Shown here: in pieces, positions 12,128 to 25,359 of the stretch
Position numbering within the stretch: the stretch's first letter is position 1
Layout of the letters: every line of letters begins with the position of its first letter
Origin: Cirrosporium novae-zelandiae
Lineage: Eukaryota
Assembly: GCA_026023565.1 (NCBI GenBank)
Contig: JAPETS010000030.1
Coordinates: forward strand, 310,001 to 360,292
Direction of reading: 5' to 3'
DNA length: 50,292 bases
Program-made: the position numbers and the translations under genes
The notes under the pieces: generated by a model
What the model saw: only the letters and a program-made list of their open reading frames with translations
What the model was told of the DNA's origin: nothing
Databases searched by the model: none

Positions 12128-13673
12128 TATCTTCCTCTTCACGATTTCGTTGGTCACAGTATCACGGCGCAAAGTATATATAATGTTTTGTTGGCAATGG
12201 ATGGAAAAGTATGCAACCGACAAAGGAAATCAAAGATAAAATTTGGAGCTCTTTATGGAGCTGAAGGATTGCGCTTATAAATGCCATGATTGATATCCGA
12301 GTGACCATTGTAGAAGGATTCAAGAGGAGTAAATAACGAAAAAAGATGCCGTGAGCAGTTGCCTTTCTATTCTCGGCGTAAAGGTGGCACGCTACGTGGT
12401 GGGGCACCTAGGGCATCTGGGGCTGACGAAGGAAGAAGCTGTGAAAAGAATGGAAGCTTTGAAACTCGTCATCTTTCAAAGGTGTGAGATAATCTGGGGG
12501 GGGGGAATGTCTAGGCGGGATCTCCAGTCGGCATTAATGAATCAAGGGCCTGTCAGTTCATAACTGATAAACCTTGGCGAATTAATTAATTAATTCATTA
12601 ATCCTTCCTTTCTGTCAATATACCTTGATTTATTTATTTTATTTTTATATAAAATAATTCAATGTAGCATCCATTCTGAAGGTAATATCATAATTGTTAG
12701 TTATAGCGTACAGTAGTATCCTATATTTTAAAATTATATTTATATAGCCACCTTAAAGTACAAAATACAAGCATGCAATAAAAGCTCTAGAATAAGCTTC
12801 ATCCAATTTCGTCATACAGAACCTGTCAAATGGAACCTTCGACGGTCTCTCAACACGGCTTTTGAGCTTCAGGTACTGAGAAGTAACTGTTATTCATCAT
12901 CCGAATTCCGTAGCCGAGTACTTGTAATTTGTGCCTTGATCCAATTGCTTGTTTTGATGGTCCCTATTTTATTAAAGTACAACTACCTAGATAGAGAAGA
13001 CTGCCAGGTAGTTGAACTCGGGAGTCGGTACTATCGAAAGGGAGGGATTGCATGCGCATATGCTGTGATAGGCCAATTTCATCCGAGAAGCCCTATTCAA
13101 TAATATCTGGTTCATCAGGTTCATGATACATTTTTTCGCATATCGCCTAATTATGAGATATTACTGTACCTGTCACTACTCTCAGGCATCCCAGATCTTT
13201 TTTTTTTGGTAAAAATTTCGAATTCTGTAAACATGGTAGGAAGTCATTCATAAAAATTCTCATTGTCTCGCATAATAAGCACAGCATATTTATACGTACA
13301 GGACCAAACGATGTCCTTGCCTCGAATACCACAACTCCCAAAGGGATTTATGGTCAGACGCGGATAGAGATATTCAAGAGAACCATTAGTTCTTTAACTA
13401 ATTATCTTGACAGGTGGTTAATAGTTCAGGATGATGTCAATGCCAGAATTCATGGGATAAATGCTCTTGAGGTGTAGTTCATGTCGTTAGCCTAAACTGC
13501 TCTCACGTGGGCTAGGGCCTTTGTTCTTCGTGTAATTCGGTAGACTTTTATAAGGTCTCCATCCAGACCCCGAGATCATCATTCACCTTAACTCCACCTC
13601 TTGCTATTTTCCTTATCTCAAAATCCCAAGGTTTAGCCCATGTACATTGCATATTGCCCTTATAATATTCATC

Positions 13674-16515
13674 ATGGGGGAGAGAGGACAAACAGAACAT
13701 ATCGAGTATGTAGAAGACGGTATCGTCCCACCATTTCAAGAAGATGAGGATCAGATAGCCCTCGGACTATTTTCTCGAGAAGAGTGCATTGACTTCTTGG
13801 TTTACAAACTGGGACCTCAGGCTGTCTCTGAAGCCCAAGTGTACAAAGGAGGTCTAGAATGGCTTTTCGCTCGCCTATGGGAGCATTATGGAGCCATGGA
13901 TGCTATCAAAGCCGTCGACGTCTTTAAAGACTTGGTAGAAAGTGAAAAAAATTCTTGGGGATTAGGGGATGACGGTGATATCTGGCGCAACTGGCGGCAT
14001 GAATGGAAACTGCACAATGTAAACCCCATTGTCACAGAACGTTCAATTGTGTGAGCTGACAGTCTTGAAGCTGCAAGGTCAAAGGGAGCTTGAAGTTAGT
14101 GACCAGGATGAGAAAGAACAGCCGTCGTCGTACCTTGGTTCACCTGGACCTACTGAAAGGAACTCATGGGCTGATAGTCGTTCCTCACAACTCTACCCGG
14201 ATCCTTTGAGGATTGAAGACTGTCAAAAGCTTCGCAATAGGAACAGCGGAACCCGCGAGTTAGATCCTTTCCTAAGCAGTTCCCACCGCTATTCGAAGAT
14301 GTACACGATTCGTACTCGCATCAAGGAAAGGTCCTGGCCATGGGTCTTTAAAGGCATAAAAGAAAAAAGTAGAGTGCACATTTTCAAAGATGAAGATGAG
14401 AAGCGTAGTGATTATGGACTTAGAGCTCAGCAGGAGGCCTTAAGTACTCCTGGGTGTTTTCACCTCATTCTAAATAAAGCGTACGCATTTTTCCGCTATT
14501 GCTTCAATAAGCAGCCTTTTGTCAACAAACAGAAAAGGTTCGTCACCAGACGACGGGCTTCCAGTACCGCACCACTTGCTAGTAATTGCACTTCTGTTAC
14601 GGATCCTGGGCACAAAATCCGTCCATTTCATTTTGATGATCTTGATGAAGATATTCAAGTCAGTCACGTCAAGGTCAACACCAATAGGCGAACATTGGAT
14701 TTGTATTGTCACTCTCGGCCACCTACAATTTTGCGCTTGCGAATAACTCCTATTGTTTCGAATTTCAATAGGGAAGTTGACGATACACCCATGCATTCAC
14801 TTGATTTAAATCGCGCTTTGCCGCCTCTTCCACCTCAATCAAACAATTCCATCGTTTCTGAACCTTCCCAACGTTACTCTGAATCAACGAAGAATTCTAA
14901 CAGTCCGATCACCAGGCGCACTACTGGTTCAACTGACAAATATTCAACGGCTCCTTCGAGCACAGTTCTACCTTCGTCTTCACCGAGCCGTTTTGCAACA
15001 TCCATATCATCAAGCAAGCGCGAATTCCAGAGAATGGCCTGTGGACTTCTCAACTCATCACTTCCAACGGATTCCGAGATGAGATTCGAGGACGAAGACT
15101 TCATGGACCCCACGAAGTGGGATGCCGGAACGTATGACCCTGCAGATCATGACTCTTCTAAAGAAAAGCGTAGCCCTATAAAGCCTTTCCAAGGGTGGGT
15201 TTCCCAATACCAAAGTCCTGATATGAACTCGTATGGTCTAATTTATAACAGTAGCTTCGGCATGCAGGATGCAAGTGGCCATCATACGACGAATGGATCC
15301 TTCGATGGTCGAAAGACCCAATGGCCTATCTCAAGTCAAGCAGTAGAAGCAGCGGGGGGCTTTTCCATGGACATGGAGTCATATCCAATTCCTGATTATG
15401 ATGTTCAAAAGACCTTTTGGAATCCTAAGGGAATGACACAATCTCGTTCAGAAGGTAGTATTGCGGTAATGAGGCCTAGTTATATGTCAAGTCCCGCCCA
15501 CAGTCTAGAAAACGAGCGAGCCGATGTCCGCAAAACTGCAGGAACACCAACAGGGTCACCAGTTCGGTGCAAAAGCGTGAACACATATTCTCCTACTAAA
15601 GCTCTGATGGACATTGATGAAGAAGGCGATACCACTCTGTTTGAGACCCCGAAGCGTCCAAGATCGCCATCCAAGAAACTATTCGGCGAAAATGGCTGGC
15701 TTGGTCGAACTCCAAGTTTTAAAGAGCCTCCCGATGAGCGTTATAAGAAATCTCCTTTCAAAAAATTTCAGGGCAAGTTGAAACAGCGTATGGAAAATAT
15801 CGTAAGTGGTGTATCTTTTTTCGCATTCAAGGGATACTACTAACCGTGCCTGTAGTCAGAAGATGTCCACAAGAAGGTGACTAGTACCTTTACACATGCG
15901 GATGAACCAGTGAAGAAGAAAAACCAAATTCCACCTACATCTGCAATCTCCATAGATCCCCCCAACCAGGCACGAATGTACTGTGAGATCGAGTTGATGA
16001 TATGTGCTGCAGCAAATGAATTCTTGATGTCCCAACACCGTCAAGGGCGCATGTCTATTACATCCATTGTCAAGATCAAGCAATTCTGGGCCTCTCGAGG
16101 ACGCCCCGAAGTCACCCAATTTCGCTATGACCAAGGAACACAGCGCGATCTTATTCTTGCTAACATGCAAACCTTCCGTTTCAATGGAGATGCCGGGAAA
16201 GATCCCATGAAGCTTAACGCGATTATGTGCAGCTGGAAGAGCGTCGCTTACGAGATGAGTATTCGTACCTTCTGTTCGCCAGATACTGTGATCCGAAAGC
16301 ACCTTCACCATGCACGCCAGATCCTCGAATTAGTCAATGCTCCATATCACGCAATGATGGCGTTTGCGCAAATCGAAGTACGTATTATGCATCTGATGAG
16401 ACAAGCCCAGGTGGAAAGGGATTCACGTGAGCCAGCAAGATACTCTCTCCCAACTCAGGACGACAATAGGAGAAATAGTGAGGACAACTCGCGCTCGAAG
16501 GTAAAGTTCTTTTAA
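13674..16515 (+). CDS. Conserved hypothetical Pezizomycotina protein (multi-exon; Ser/Pro-rich middle, helical C-terminal domain)
   Basis: ORFs 13674..~14018, ~14078..15801 and 15856..16515 are linked by GT..AG introns. The C-terminal block ISIDPPNQARMYCEIELMIC...RPEVTQFRYDQGTQ...EMSIRTFCSPDTVIRKHLH is protein-like. Exact exon structure and the 3' end are uncertain. Confidence 0.65.
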
Positions 16516-17414
16516 CATATCTGACCATGTTATTCGTAAGAGGCAGAGTCCCCGACAACAATGGCAAAACAACCGGAGCCGATAGCTTTTTTTCTCCCTT
16601 TTTCGAATCTGCTTTACTACTTGCTGCATACGAGCGAGGATACTTGCTACTCTATCACGAGAATGGGGCAGTTGGACTTCAAGACCCGAATTGCATGATG
16701 AAATGTAGACTATCTTCCGTTGATTCTTCCTTGATTTCCTAGAGTTAAATATCTTTCGCGTTTCTTTCTTCAACCACAGGGTTTGGTGGGCTCAAATAAA
16801 GAGCTATTGATAAAACATTCGATTATTTTCATCTTTGTCTTCTTCTTTCCCCTAGTTAGCTCTCTTCAATGCTGGCAGTCGGATGGTGGATAACGAATAC
16901 ATTAAGTAGTGAATTAATTATGAAATTCCCATTGGATTGCCAGTTGTTCTTGGTGCCTCCTAAACACGCTAAAACTCGCTAAATTGGTTGAGGGCTGCTA
17001 CGTCATCAGCCGTGCTTTTCCGCCTTTGGCAGAAAGTGAAGCTCTGATTGCACAAGCGAATCAGTGATCACTGGCCCGTGGTCTGTGTCTTTGGTGATGC
17101 AAGAACAGTACTTTCGTATTTTTGAAGCCACAACTGCATTCCCTTCATCTCTTCACGCTTTCATGATTAAGGCCACTTCTAGGCCGGATGCTGCTTGTGA
17201 AGAACCACTATGCTTTTTGCTATTCCCGGTTTCTTTCTCCTGAAAGCAAGAGCTTTCTACTCTGAAACTCTGCATACTTCTGCCTTTCTCTGGATCCTAG
17301 GTGTCTGAGCTCTAGTTCTCCATCCTATCTGTTCGTTATAACCTAGGTTTGTGTTCTAGTCTGTTGCAATATCTTTATAATGGCTCTGACCAAATTTCTA
17401 TTAGTTGTTTCGAA

Positions 17415-20400
17415 ATGTTAAAGCCTCCTCATACCCTAGGGCCTACATGTGCTCTATATGCTGAACCGAATGTATATACTAGACCTACTTCGGATGCTTC
17501 TCCATTGCCTCCCAAAGTTCGGGCACAATTCTTCTATGCCTCTGATCTTCCCATAGACGACCCTCTATCGCCAGTCCCTCCCCCAACTACTTCGAGTTCA
17601 TCAAGAGCCAGTGTTCCTCCCCGGGCTTTCGCCCCATGGGATAGTGCTGCACTCGAAGAAGCCTGGCTAGGTTTAAAGAAAGATCAAAATCACACGGATA
17701 AAAATAATAAGCAAAGGCGAAGGGAATCTGGTATTCAGAGAAACCGAGGAATAAGAATTACAAACGCCATACGAACCGGGGACGAGGTAAGCTTTTATAA
17801 ATCATAAACACTTTGTATAATTTGAATCTGGAAACGCCAAAATATTGTTCCTAGAATAAAAACCTTCGTGAATATTTCGAAGACTTATATGCTGATTGGT
17901 GTTATAGCAAAACCCGAGAGTATCTGTTTCCTCCGTCGTTCGATCTAAAAGAGCTTCTATCTACTCAAGTTCTGTAGGCCAACGAGAGCTGCCAAAAGAC
18001 CAGAAAGTATTGCTTTCCGATTACGCTGCGCATTCTGCTCATGACTCTTCTTTACCAGTTGATTTACGGGAGCTTAACGAGGCATATTCACAAGCGGGTC
18101 TTCCAGGGCAGAGCAAAAGGAAGCATCGAGAGTCATATCATTTTAAAGATGATGTTGGTTTTGGTATGGAGAAATCCAAGACTAGTATCGGTAAGGATGA
18201 TGATGAGGAAATCAAACAGCAAAGAAAAGGGAAGCAAATACCTGGAAAGAGACGGAAAACGATCGCAAATATTGAGATTGCAGAGCCCTCATCTTTTAGG
18301 TCACAAGGTGGAGGGAGCTCCCTTTCTTCCGAAAATGCAACACCAGCAATGTTTCGGAGAATGGAATTAATAAGACCGGAGCCACGCCTTCACTATCCCG
18401 AACAAGATGCTGAGTCTACTAAATATGATTCTCCTTCAACCCCTCAACAAGATGTCGAAAAAGATGATGGCCCGAAGGCATACGTTCCCGTTGGTGCTTC
18501 TCGCCTACATTTGGTTGAATTGCCCGACCTCCTGGTGAGAAAATTGTATACCCTTGATTGAAAATCATTCTAATATATGTTTAGATGAAACCCATATACT
18601 GGAGTCCTGTACATGATATTTCTTCTGTAATACGGGGTACCTGGTTCTATAAAAATGAGATGCTGCCCGTTGAGCCAGAGCTAGCAAACCGTCTTGAATT
18701 AGGCTATGAGTATATGAAACCATGGACGCAAACCTGGCAAGATGAGTTAAATAGCTGCTTAGAAATTGGGGCCGAAGCTGAGGAGAAGATTGTACATCGA
18801 CTCTGGCCCAAGAAAAAGTCCAATATGCCGGATAGCCGACCCGTAACTAGAGAGTCTTTAAAGCCCTCAGTCCCCGACGTTGATGATAGTGCCACAGATT
18901 TGGGCACATTGGACGAATCACCTATATACGAAAATAAGGCAGCCGGCTTTCTTACTAGCCATGCCAATGCTGTGAAATTATACAAGAATTCAAGTGTCAT
19001 CTATGCTGATGCTATTAATGCTCAGATCCTTCGGCCAAGTCTTCTTCCTTCCGGCTATCGAGGGAGACGTCCCCTTGGTCCAATTCGAAAAGGGAAGCAG
19101 ATCGGTATAGCTGTAGTTCGTGGATTTGATCCTAAAATATGGGGAAAGCTTCATCCCTCAAGGAAAAATCGCGTACAGAGAAAATTGCAAGAAGAGGATC
19201 TCACAGCTCAGTCGGGGACTGCAGCCTCGGACAATCTGCACAAGAAGTGTGAAGCTTGTGAGATGGAATCAGAACGACCTCAGGTCACGGATCTAGTACT
19301 TGTAATTCATGGGTATGTAGTTCTAGATATGTTCCCCCAAGTTTTGTCTAATACGTTCATAGTATCGGGCAGAAATTGTCTGAAAGAGTAGAAAGTTTTC
19401 ATTTCACTCATGCTATCAATGATTTTCGAAGACAGGTAAACCTTGAACTAGTTGGACCCGCTGTCGCTCCCTACCGTCGCAAGGGTTTGGGAGGGGTGAT
19501 GGTCCTACCAGTGAACTGGCGGGCAACCCTAGATTTTGGAGATGATGCTTCCCAGTCAAACTTTAATGCAGGTCTAGATGAACATGATCCAGCAAGAAAT
19601 GAATTCTCATTGAGCGAAGTTACCCCAGAGACTTTACCTACTGTCCGCAATTTGATCAACGATATCGTTCTAGATGTTCCATACTACCTCTCGCACCATA
19701 GGCCGAAGATGAATGAAGCAGTTATCAAAGAAGCCAACCGCATCTATCGACTCTGGTGCAAGAACAACCCGGGTTTTCATGACAACGGTCGAGTCCATCT
19801 GATTGCACATTCTCTAGGTAGCGTCATGGCCTTGGATATTCTAAGCAAGCAACCTACCTACCTCCCAAAACAGATCGACTTGACGTCGGAAGAAATCAAC
19901 GGCCAAATTTTTGAATTTGATTCCAAGAACGTCTTCTTTTGTGGTAGTCCCACCGGCCTCTTCCTCCTCCTTAACAACGCCACCCTCCTCCCTCGGAAAG
20001 GTCGTAACAAACCGCATTCCGACGGTGAAGATATCGGTCATGGTGTTGCTGGCGAGGCTGGCATGTTCGGCTGCCTTGCCGTAGATAACCTCTACAATGT
20101 GATCCACTTTAACGACCCCGTGGCTACACGCATCAACGCTGCTGTCGACAGGGACTATGCTGCCTCCCTCAAACCTCCCACCATCCCCTTCGCCGGCACC
20201 ACCTTCTTTGGCTCCCTTAGCAACGCCTTCAAAGGCTGGACCGGCACCCCCACAACCCCAGACCCCAACACCATCCCCATAAATCTCGAGCCTACCCGGC
20301 CCTCCGTCTCCAAACTCCCCTCCACCATCGAACTCGAAACTCACAACTTCACCCGCGAGGAAATCGCCGAAAAAAGAATGCATCTATTAAACGAGAACGG

Positions 20401-20602
20401 ACAGATAGATTATTATCTCAGCTCCGGTGGTGGGCCGCTGGAATTTCAATATTTAAATATGCTGAGTGCACATAGTAGCTATTGGACCCTGCAGGATTTT
20501 GTGAGGTTCTTAGTTATTGAAATTGCAAGGTCGCCCGGTTCGGCGAATACGTTGCCGATTTTGAGAGCGACTAAGAAGTTGACGCTTGGAAGAAGGAGGT
20601 GA
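17415..20602 (+). CDS. DDHD-domain intracellular phospholipase A1 (Ddl1/YOR022C-like), 4 exons
   Basis: MKPIYWSPVHD..VIRGTWFY, DLVLVIHG|IGQ, VLPVNWR, lipase motif IAHSLGS, FFCGSP, NVIHFNDPVA.RI, GQIDY and SAHSSYW. Confidence 0.92.
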
Positions 20603-20759
20603 TGGCTATCTGCTGCATAGCACTTGAATAAATTTGTTGTTTTCAAAACTCGAAATTACAACTTAAACCTTGACCTTGCTATTGTTGCACAGGTGAAAAG
20701 ACAACAATTAAATGGTTAAAGAGTGAAACCCCCTCGAGAAAGAAAAAGAAGAAGAGTAG

Positions 20760-20789
20760 GACAGACAGACAGACAGACAGACAGACAGA
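20760..20789. repeat. (GACA)n microsatellite
   Basis: About 7 perfect GACA units. Confidence 0.9.
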
Positions 20790-21790
20790 TTGTTAAAGAA
20801 CGAACGGGGTGAGGATTTCTTTTGTGTTCATTTCCACATGTCCTTATTTATATAAGGCAAGTGAGTGAAAGGTGAAAATGAGCTCGTGATTTTTCTTCTT
20901 CTTCTACCTCCGGACGAGGTTTTTACGGTACTCGTTTTCGAGGGCTGAGTTTATTCGATGTCTAGTGGAATGGGATGGGATGGGGTGGGATGGCATGTCA
21001 TTTTTTTTCATTTCATTTGGTTTGGTTGCTAGCAGGAGGTGGTGGAGAAGGGGAGGGCGAGGGGACGAGGAAAACTGATTGTGTGGTGGTGGTGGTAGTG
21101 ATCGGTTTTAATTTATCCCTCTCTCTCTCTCCCTCTCTCTTAATGAACATGAAATGATATACCCTTTCCCCTCTTTTTCTTTTCTTCTTTTCTTTGCTTT
21201 ACTTTTTTTATAATGCCCTAGGTTTCGTTTGGTAATGACAATTATAGGGAAATGGTGAACAAGGGAAAGGCATATACATATATATATATAGATCATATTA
21301 GAAACAAACAGATATATAGGTTTAAGTTTAGATTTAGATTTAGATGGGCAGATGAATAGGTAGATCTACATGCCACACATAGAGACGTTTTTAATGACAT
21401 TATATCCTATATTCCTACAACTACTTATTTATTTATTTAATCTGTTATACAAAATACACACATTTCCATTCCATGCCTTAAACTCCAATCACTTTGCTGC
21501 TTAGCTAAGAGGTTATTCTATTTCAATCAATGGGTGTTGAAGTGTGACACAAAATTTAGCGAGTGTGCCTAGGTTTTCGTCATGGTACTGCTGTCAATCC
21601 CCCGTCCACAAATAAACTAAGTTGCTGACCTCCAGTGGACAATCAATTCTTATTCGCATTCTACAAACTACGCCTATAATTATTGATATCATGTGAAGAA
21701 AAGATACATAATTGTGAGAAGAAGCCCCGAAACAAAATCATTTCCTCAAGCCCGATCCACAGCTAGTCTTCACCTACATGTCTTTGCAGC

Positions 21791-23161
21791 TCAAATTTTG
21801 GTTCGAACCACTGTACTCAGTTCTGGTTTGTAGTAGGCCGTGACATAAAGACCCGAGTTTTTAGACGAGAAGGAGATATCGTGATGTACAGCAGCGAGTT
21901 TGTTATCGTCAGTCATACTAGTAGGTTGTTAACATCACCTAGAACCGACCCATATATCGCAGAGCAAAACTTACAATGTCGAGAGATAATTTTTCTTGTA
22001 AGAATGCAACGGTTCAATCCATCTCTGGCTCTGGAAGAATTTGTCCATCCCATCAGCGATTTCCAAGTCATCCCTGCCGTAATAGTGAGCTGGCAAATAC
22101 ATCTTTGGTACAGGTAATTTCGCTCCCGGCCAGATTTCGAAATTGAAAATGACTCCTGCGCTGGGAGTGGGATTTAGGGGCAGATCGTCGTCATCAGAGT
22201 GACCTTCGGGGACTTTCACCACGTCATGCCAAAGGATTCTTAAAGCATCCACTGCACGATCCATATCGAGGCCCATAAGTCGACCTCCAAGAGTAAATAT
22301 ATCCACCATGGTGTTGAAAGCAGTACGTGGAGTAAAATAATAGATCTTAATTCGGGAACTCTTGTACTTGCTACTGAGACTGGTGTCGAAGGCAAAAAAT
22401 ACCGGAGATATTGCTGCTATTCTAGCGCGATCGGAGTCGGTATACTCTTCAAGAACGGAGAGAGACTGAAGATAAGATGAGACTTCACCTCCTAAGCCTT
22501 GAATGGCTTCCCACATTAGTTGTTTGTTCGACTTTCCCGTCTCCATATGTTTCCATAGTGGACACATGGCTACCTTGACCTGCGTATCATCCCCAAGGAA
22601 GTCATAGCTGAGCATACATTGGACCGCCTGCATTGCGAAGAGTTCATTGTCCGCACGGGCCTTCACCGAAGAAGCATCATCATCATTGGGAATGAACAAT
22701 GCAGACGTAAAATGTTTAAACCAGCGTAGGTCTTGGCTCGGAAATACTTTTTTTTGGTGATATAAAGTATCTATCGGAGCTTTCTGATTGAGGGGATCCT
22801 GGGATGTCCCCGACAACTCGCTTATTGGAATATTTGCTGTCCGAACTGTCGCTTTGTTGTTGTAAAAGTTCAAGCTGAGCTGGATTGGAGTACAGTCAAA
22901 GGACACGGATGTCTTCCAAAAAAACTCTCCGTTCTGGTTAGGCTGGGGACCGCAAGACGGCAACACATATTGATGCACAAAGGCTAGGATTCGATATTGT
23001 TGATGAACTGGATAATTTGCCCATTTCATCAGCTTTCCCAGCGAAGGGGCCATCGCAGCCCACCAGTATTCTTGATGCTCATCTGGAAAGCCTAGGCCAT
23101 GAGCAAGCGATTGCCATGGGTGACTTAAATCAATGTCGGAACTTGCTGAAAGGGGCGACAT
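21791..23161 (-). CDS. DMATS-superfamily aromatic prenyltransferase, resembling indole-diterpene PaxD/JanD/AtmD
   Basis: Exon 1 (23161..21975) contains PWQSLAHGLGF..HQEYWW, QQYRILAFVH..VLPSCGP, DCTPIQLSLNF, SRIKIYY.TPRTAFN, FNFEIWPG..LPVPKMYLP and GRDDLEIADG. Intron GTAAGT..CTAG. Exon 2 (21917..21791) encodes MTDDNKLAAVHHDISFSSKNSGLYVTAYYKPELSTVVRTKI*. Confidence 0.92.
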
Positions 23162-23753
23162 TTCTGGAGTCGAAGAGTGTCAACCAAAACAATAAACAGA
23201 ATATGATATAGATAAATAATAAGAATCGCAGTACGCCAGAAATAACTGGGAATCAAGCTAGTTATACAAGGGAGCTTTGCGATATTATCTAGAGTGAGGG
23301 AAATCCAAGGGAGATTGAACTTAGCTACGAAATAAGACGTCACATAATATTCGTATCCAAATATATGGACACCTTCAGCCACCGCAGCTCAAAACAGCTG
23401 TACTAAGATCTCCTCATGATAAACTTGAGACCTGTAATAAACCGGTTTAGCTGTATCTGATCGGCGAAAAAATCAATATCTGCAATGCTGTGAATGGATC
23501 AGATATGCATTCGGTCGTCACTGTCGTACATTTGTTTATCTCAAAAAATTCGATATATGCAGTACATACAATTAGCAAAAGAAAAAAAAAGGATCGACAG
23601 TGGTAATTGATTTATTAGATGTGCCTCTCCGCTTTAAGTGACATATCGACAACAGCATTCGGTGTAACATGAAGCTCTTCAGTTTTCGCAATATTAAGGT
23701 CTCAGCAAATCCACTTGTGAAAAAAGCCAGCAACTTGTTCGATAATATTCGCC

Positions 23754-25359
23754 ATGGATAATTTCGATCTTGAAAACCTACCAATCCTTTGGCGTGGAAA
23801 AACACCAGAGCCAGAATATGAAGCCGCACGCTGTCGAGTCTTCAATGTGAAACGCCCTAACGATTCCCCCCTCGCAATAGTCAAGCCAAAAACCGTGGCG
23901 CACATTGTGGCAGCTGTGAAATTGGCTAGCAGACTGGACACTCAGATTGCGGTGCGATCTGGGGGGCATAGTCTCTCCTGCTGGACGCTGCGCGCTGATT
24001 CTATTTTAATTGACCTGGAAAACTTCAACCACTTGGTATATGATGAGCAGAAGCAGGAAGTCCAGACATCCCCCAGCGTTACGTCTTCGGAGCTACTCAA
24101 ATTCCTGGCTACGAAGAACAGATCTTTTCCTGGTGGCCATTGTGGAGACATAGGATTAGGTGGTTACCTCCTCCAGGGTGGAATAGGTCTGAACTCCAGG
24201 GTAGGCACACATTACTATCACTGTGTAGAACGGCTTTTCTTCCTTTTTCATGTTGGCTAATATGTTTTTTCCTGAAGAGCTACGGATATGCCTGTGAATA
24301 CATCGCCAGACTTGACGTTGTGACTGCTGCTGGAGAGCTAAAGCATTGCTCTAAGGACGAAAACTCAGATTTGTACTGGGCAGCTCGTGGAGCCGGACCA
24401 GGTAAGTCCTATACAATGGAAATGCCCGTTTCGCAAACGTAGACCCTAATAGTTGTTGTCATACAGAGTTCCCTGCAATAGTAACTCGATTCTATTTGAA
24501 GACTCGACCGCTACTGCCTGTCTATAAAAGATGCACGTATATCTGGCCAATAACTAGTTACGAGACCGTCTTCAAGTGGCTGCTTGATGTGAGTATAGTA
24601 CCTTTTTTTTTGATAAACAGTTTCTACCGAGATATTTTCGGAACTAACCAAAAGCCCCTATAATTTAATCAGTTACTCCCATCCATCGATGAGGACATTG
24701 AACCGATTGGATTCGGGTTCACTCTACCCAACATCAACCAGCCCGCTCTGGTGATACACGTACTGGTATTCGCAGATTCCGACGCCAGCGCGGTAGAGAA
24801 ATTAAAGCCAATCAGAGACACACACCCCCCGGGGTTGATTGTCGCACAAGACTGCATAGACACGAGCGTGCAACAGGAATATGACTCGGGAGGGAACAGC
24901 ATGCCCAAGGGCGCCCGCTACCACACCGACAGCGTTTTCCTCGACCCAGCCGCCGACGTGATTGAGACCTGCAGGGAAATGTTCACAAAGCTGCCCCATA
25001 AGGGAGCGCTAGCATACTGGCAGCCGATGAGAACCCGAACCACTGCTGCTGCCGATCGTTCCGCCACCATGCCGGCGGCAGAAGAAGAAGAAGACATGGC
25101 ACTGAGCTTCATCCAGAGCGAACATTACGTATCCATCCTCGCCATCTACGACGACGCCGGGGAGGACGACTTCCAGAAGTCCTGGGTCAACGAGTACATG
25201 CGAAGATTGGAACCACATACGGTGGGGACGTTTGTGGCGGACGCGCAGCCCCGCGATCGGCCGCATAAATACTGGTCCGATGCAGCGACGAAAAGGCTAC
25301 TAGATATCGGGCGAAAATGGGATCCGAGTGGCCGGATTCGCGGGATTCTGCTCAACTAA
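23754..25359 (+). CDS. FAD-linked (VAO/BBE-like) oxidoreductase, resembling indole-diterpene JanO/PaxO/PtmO
   Basis: Exons 23754-24200, 24278-24401, 24467-24588 and 24673-25359 splice in frame. Covalent-FAD motif RSGGH; LPILWR..YEAARCRVFN; GLGGYLLQGGIG; DLYWAARGAGPEFPAIVTRF; C-terminus GRKWDPSGRIRGIL. Confidence 0.9.
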
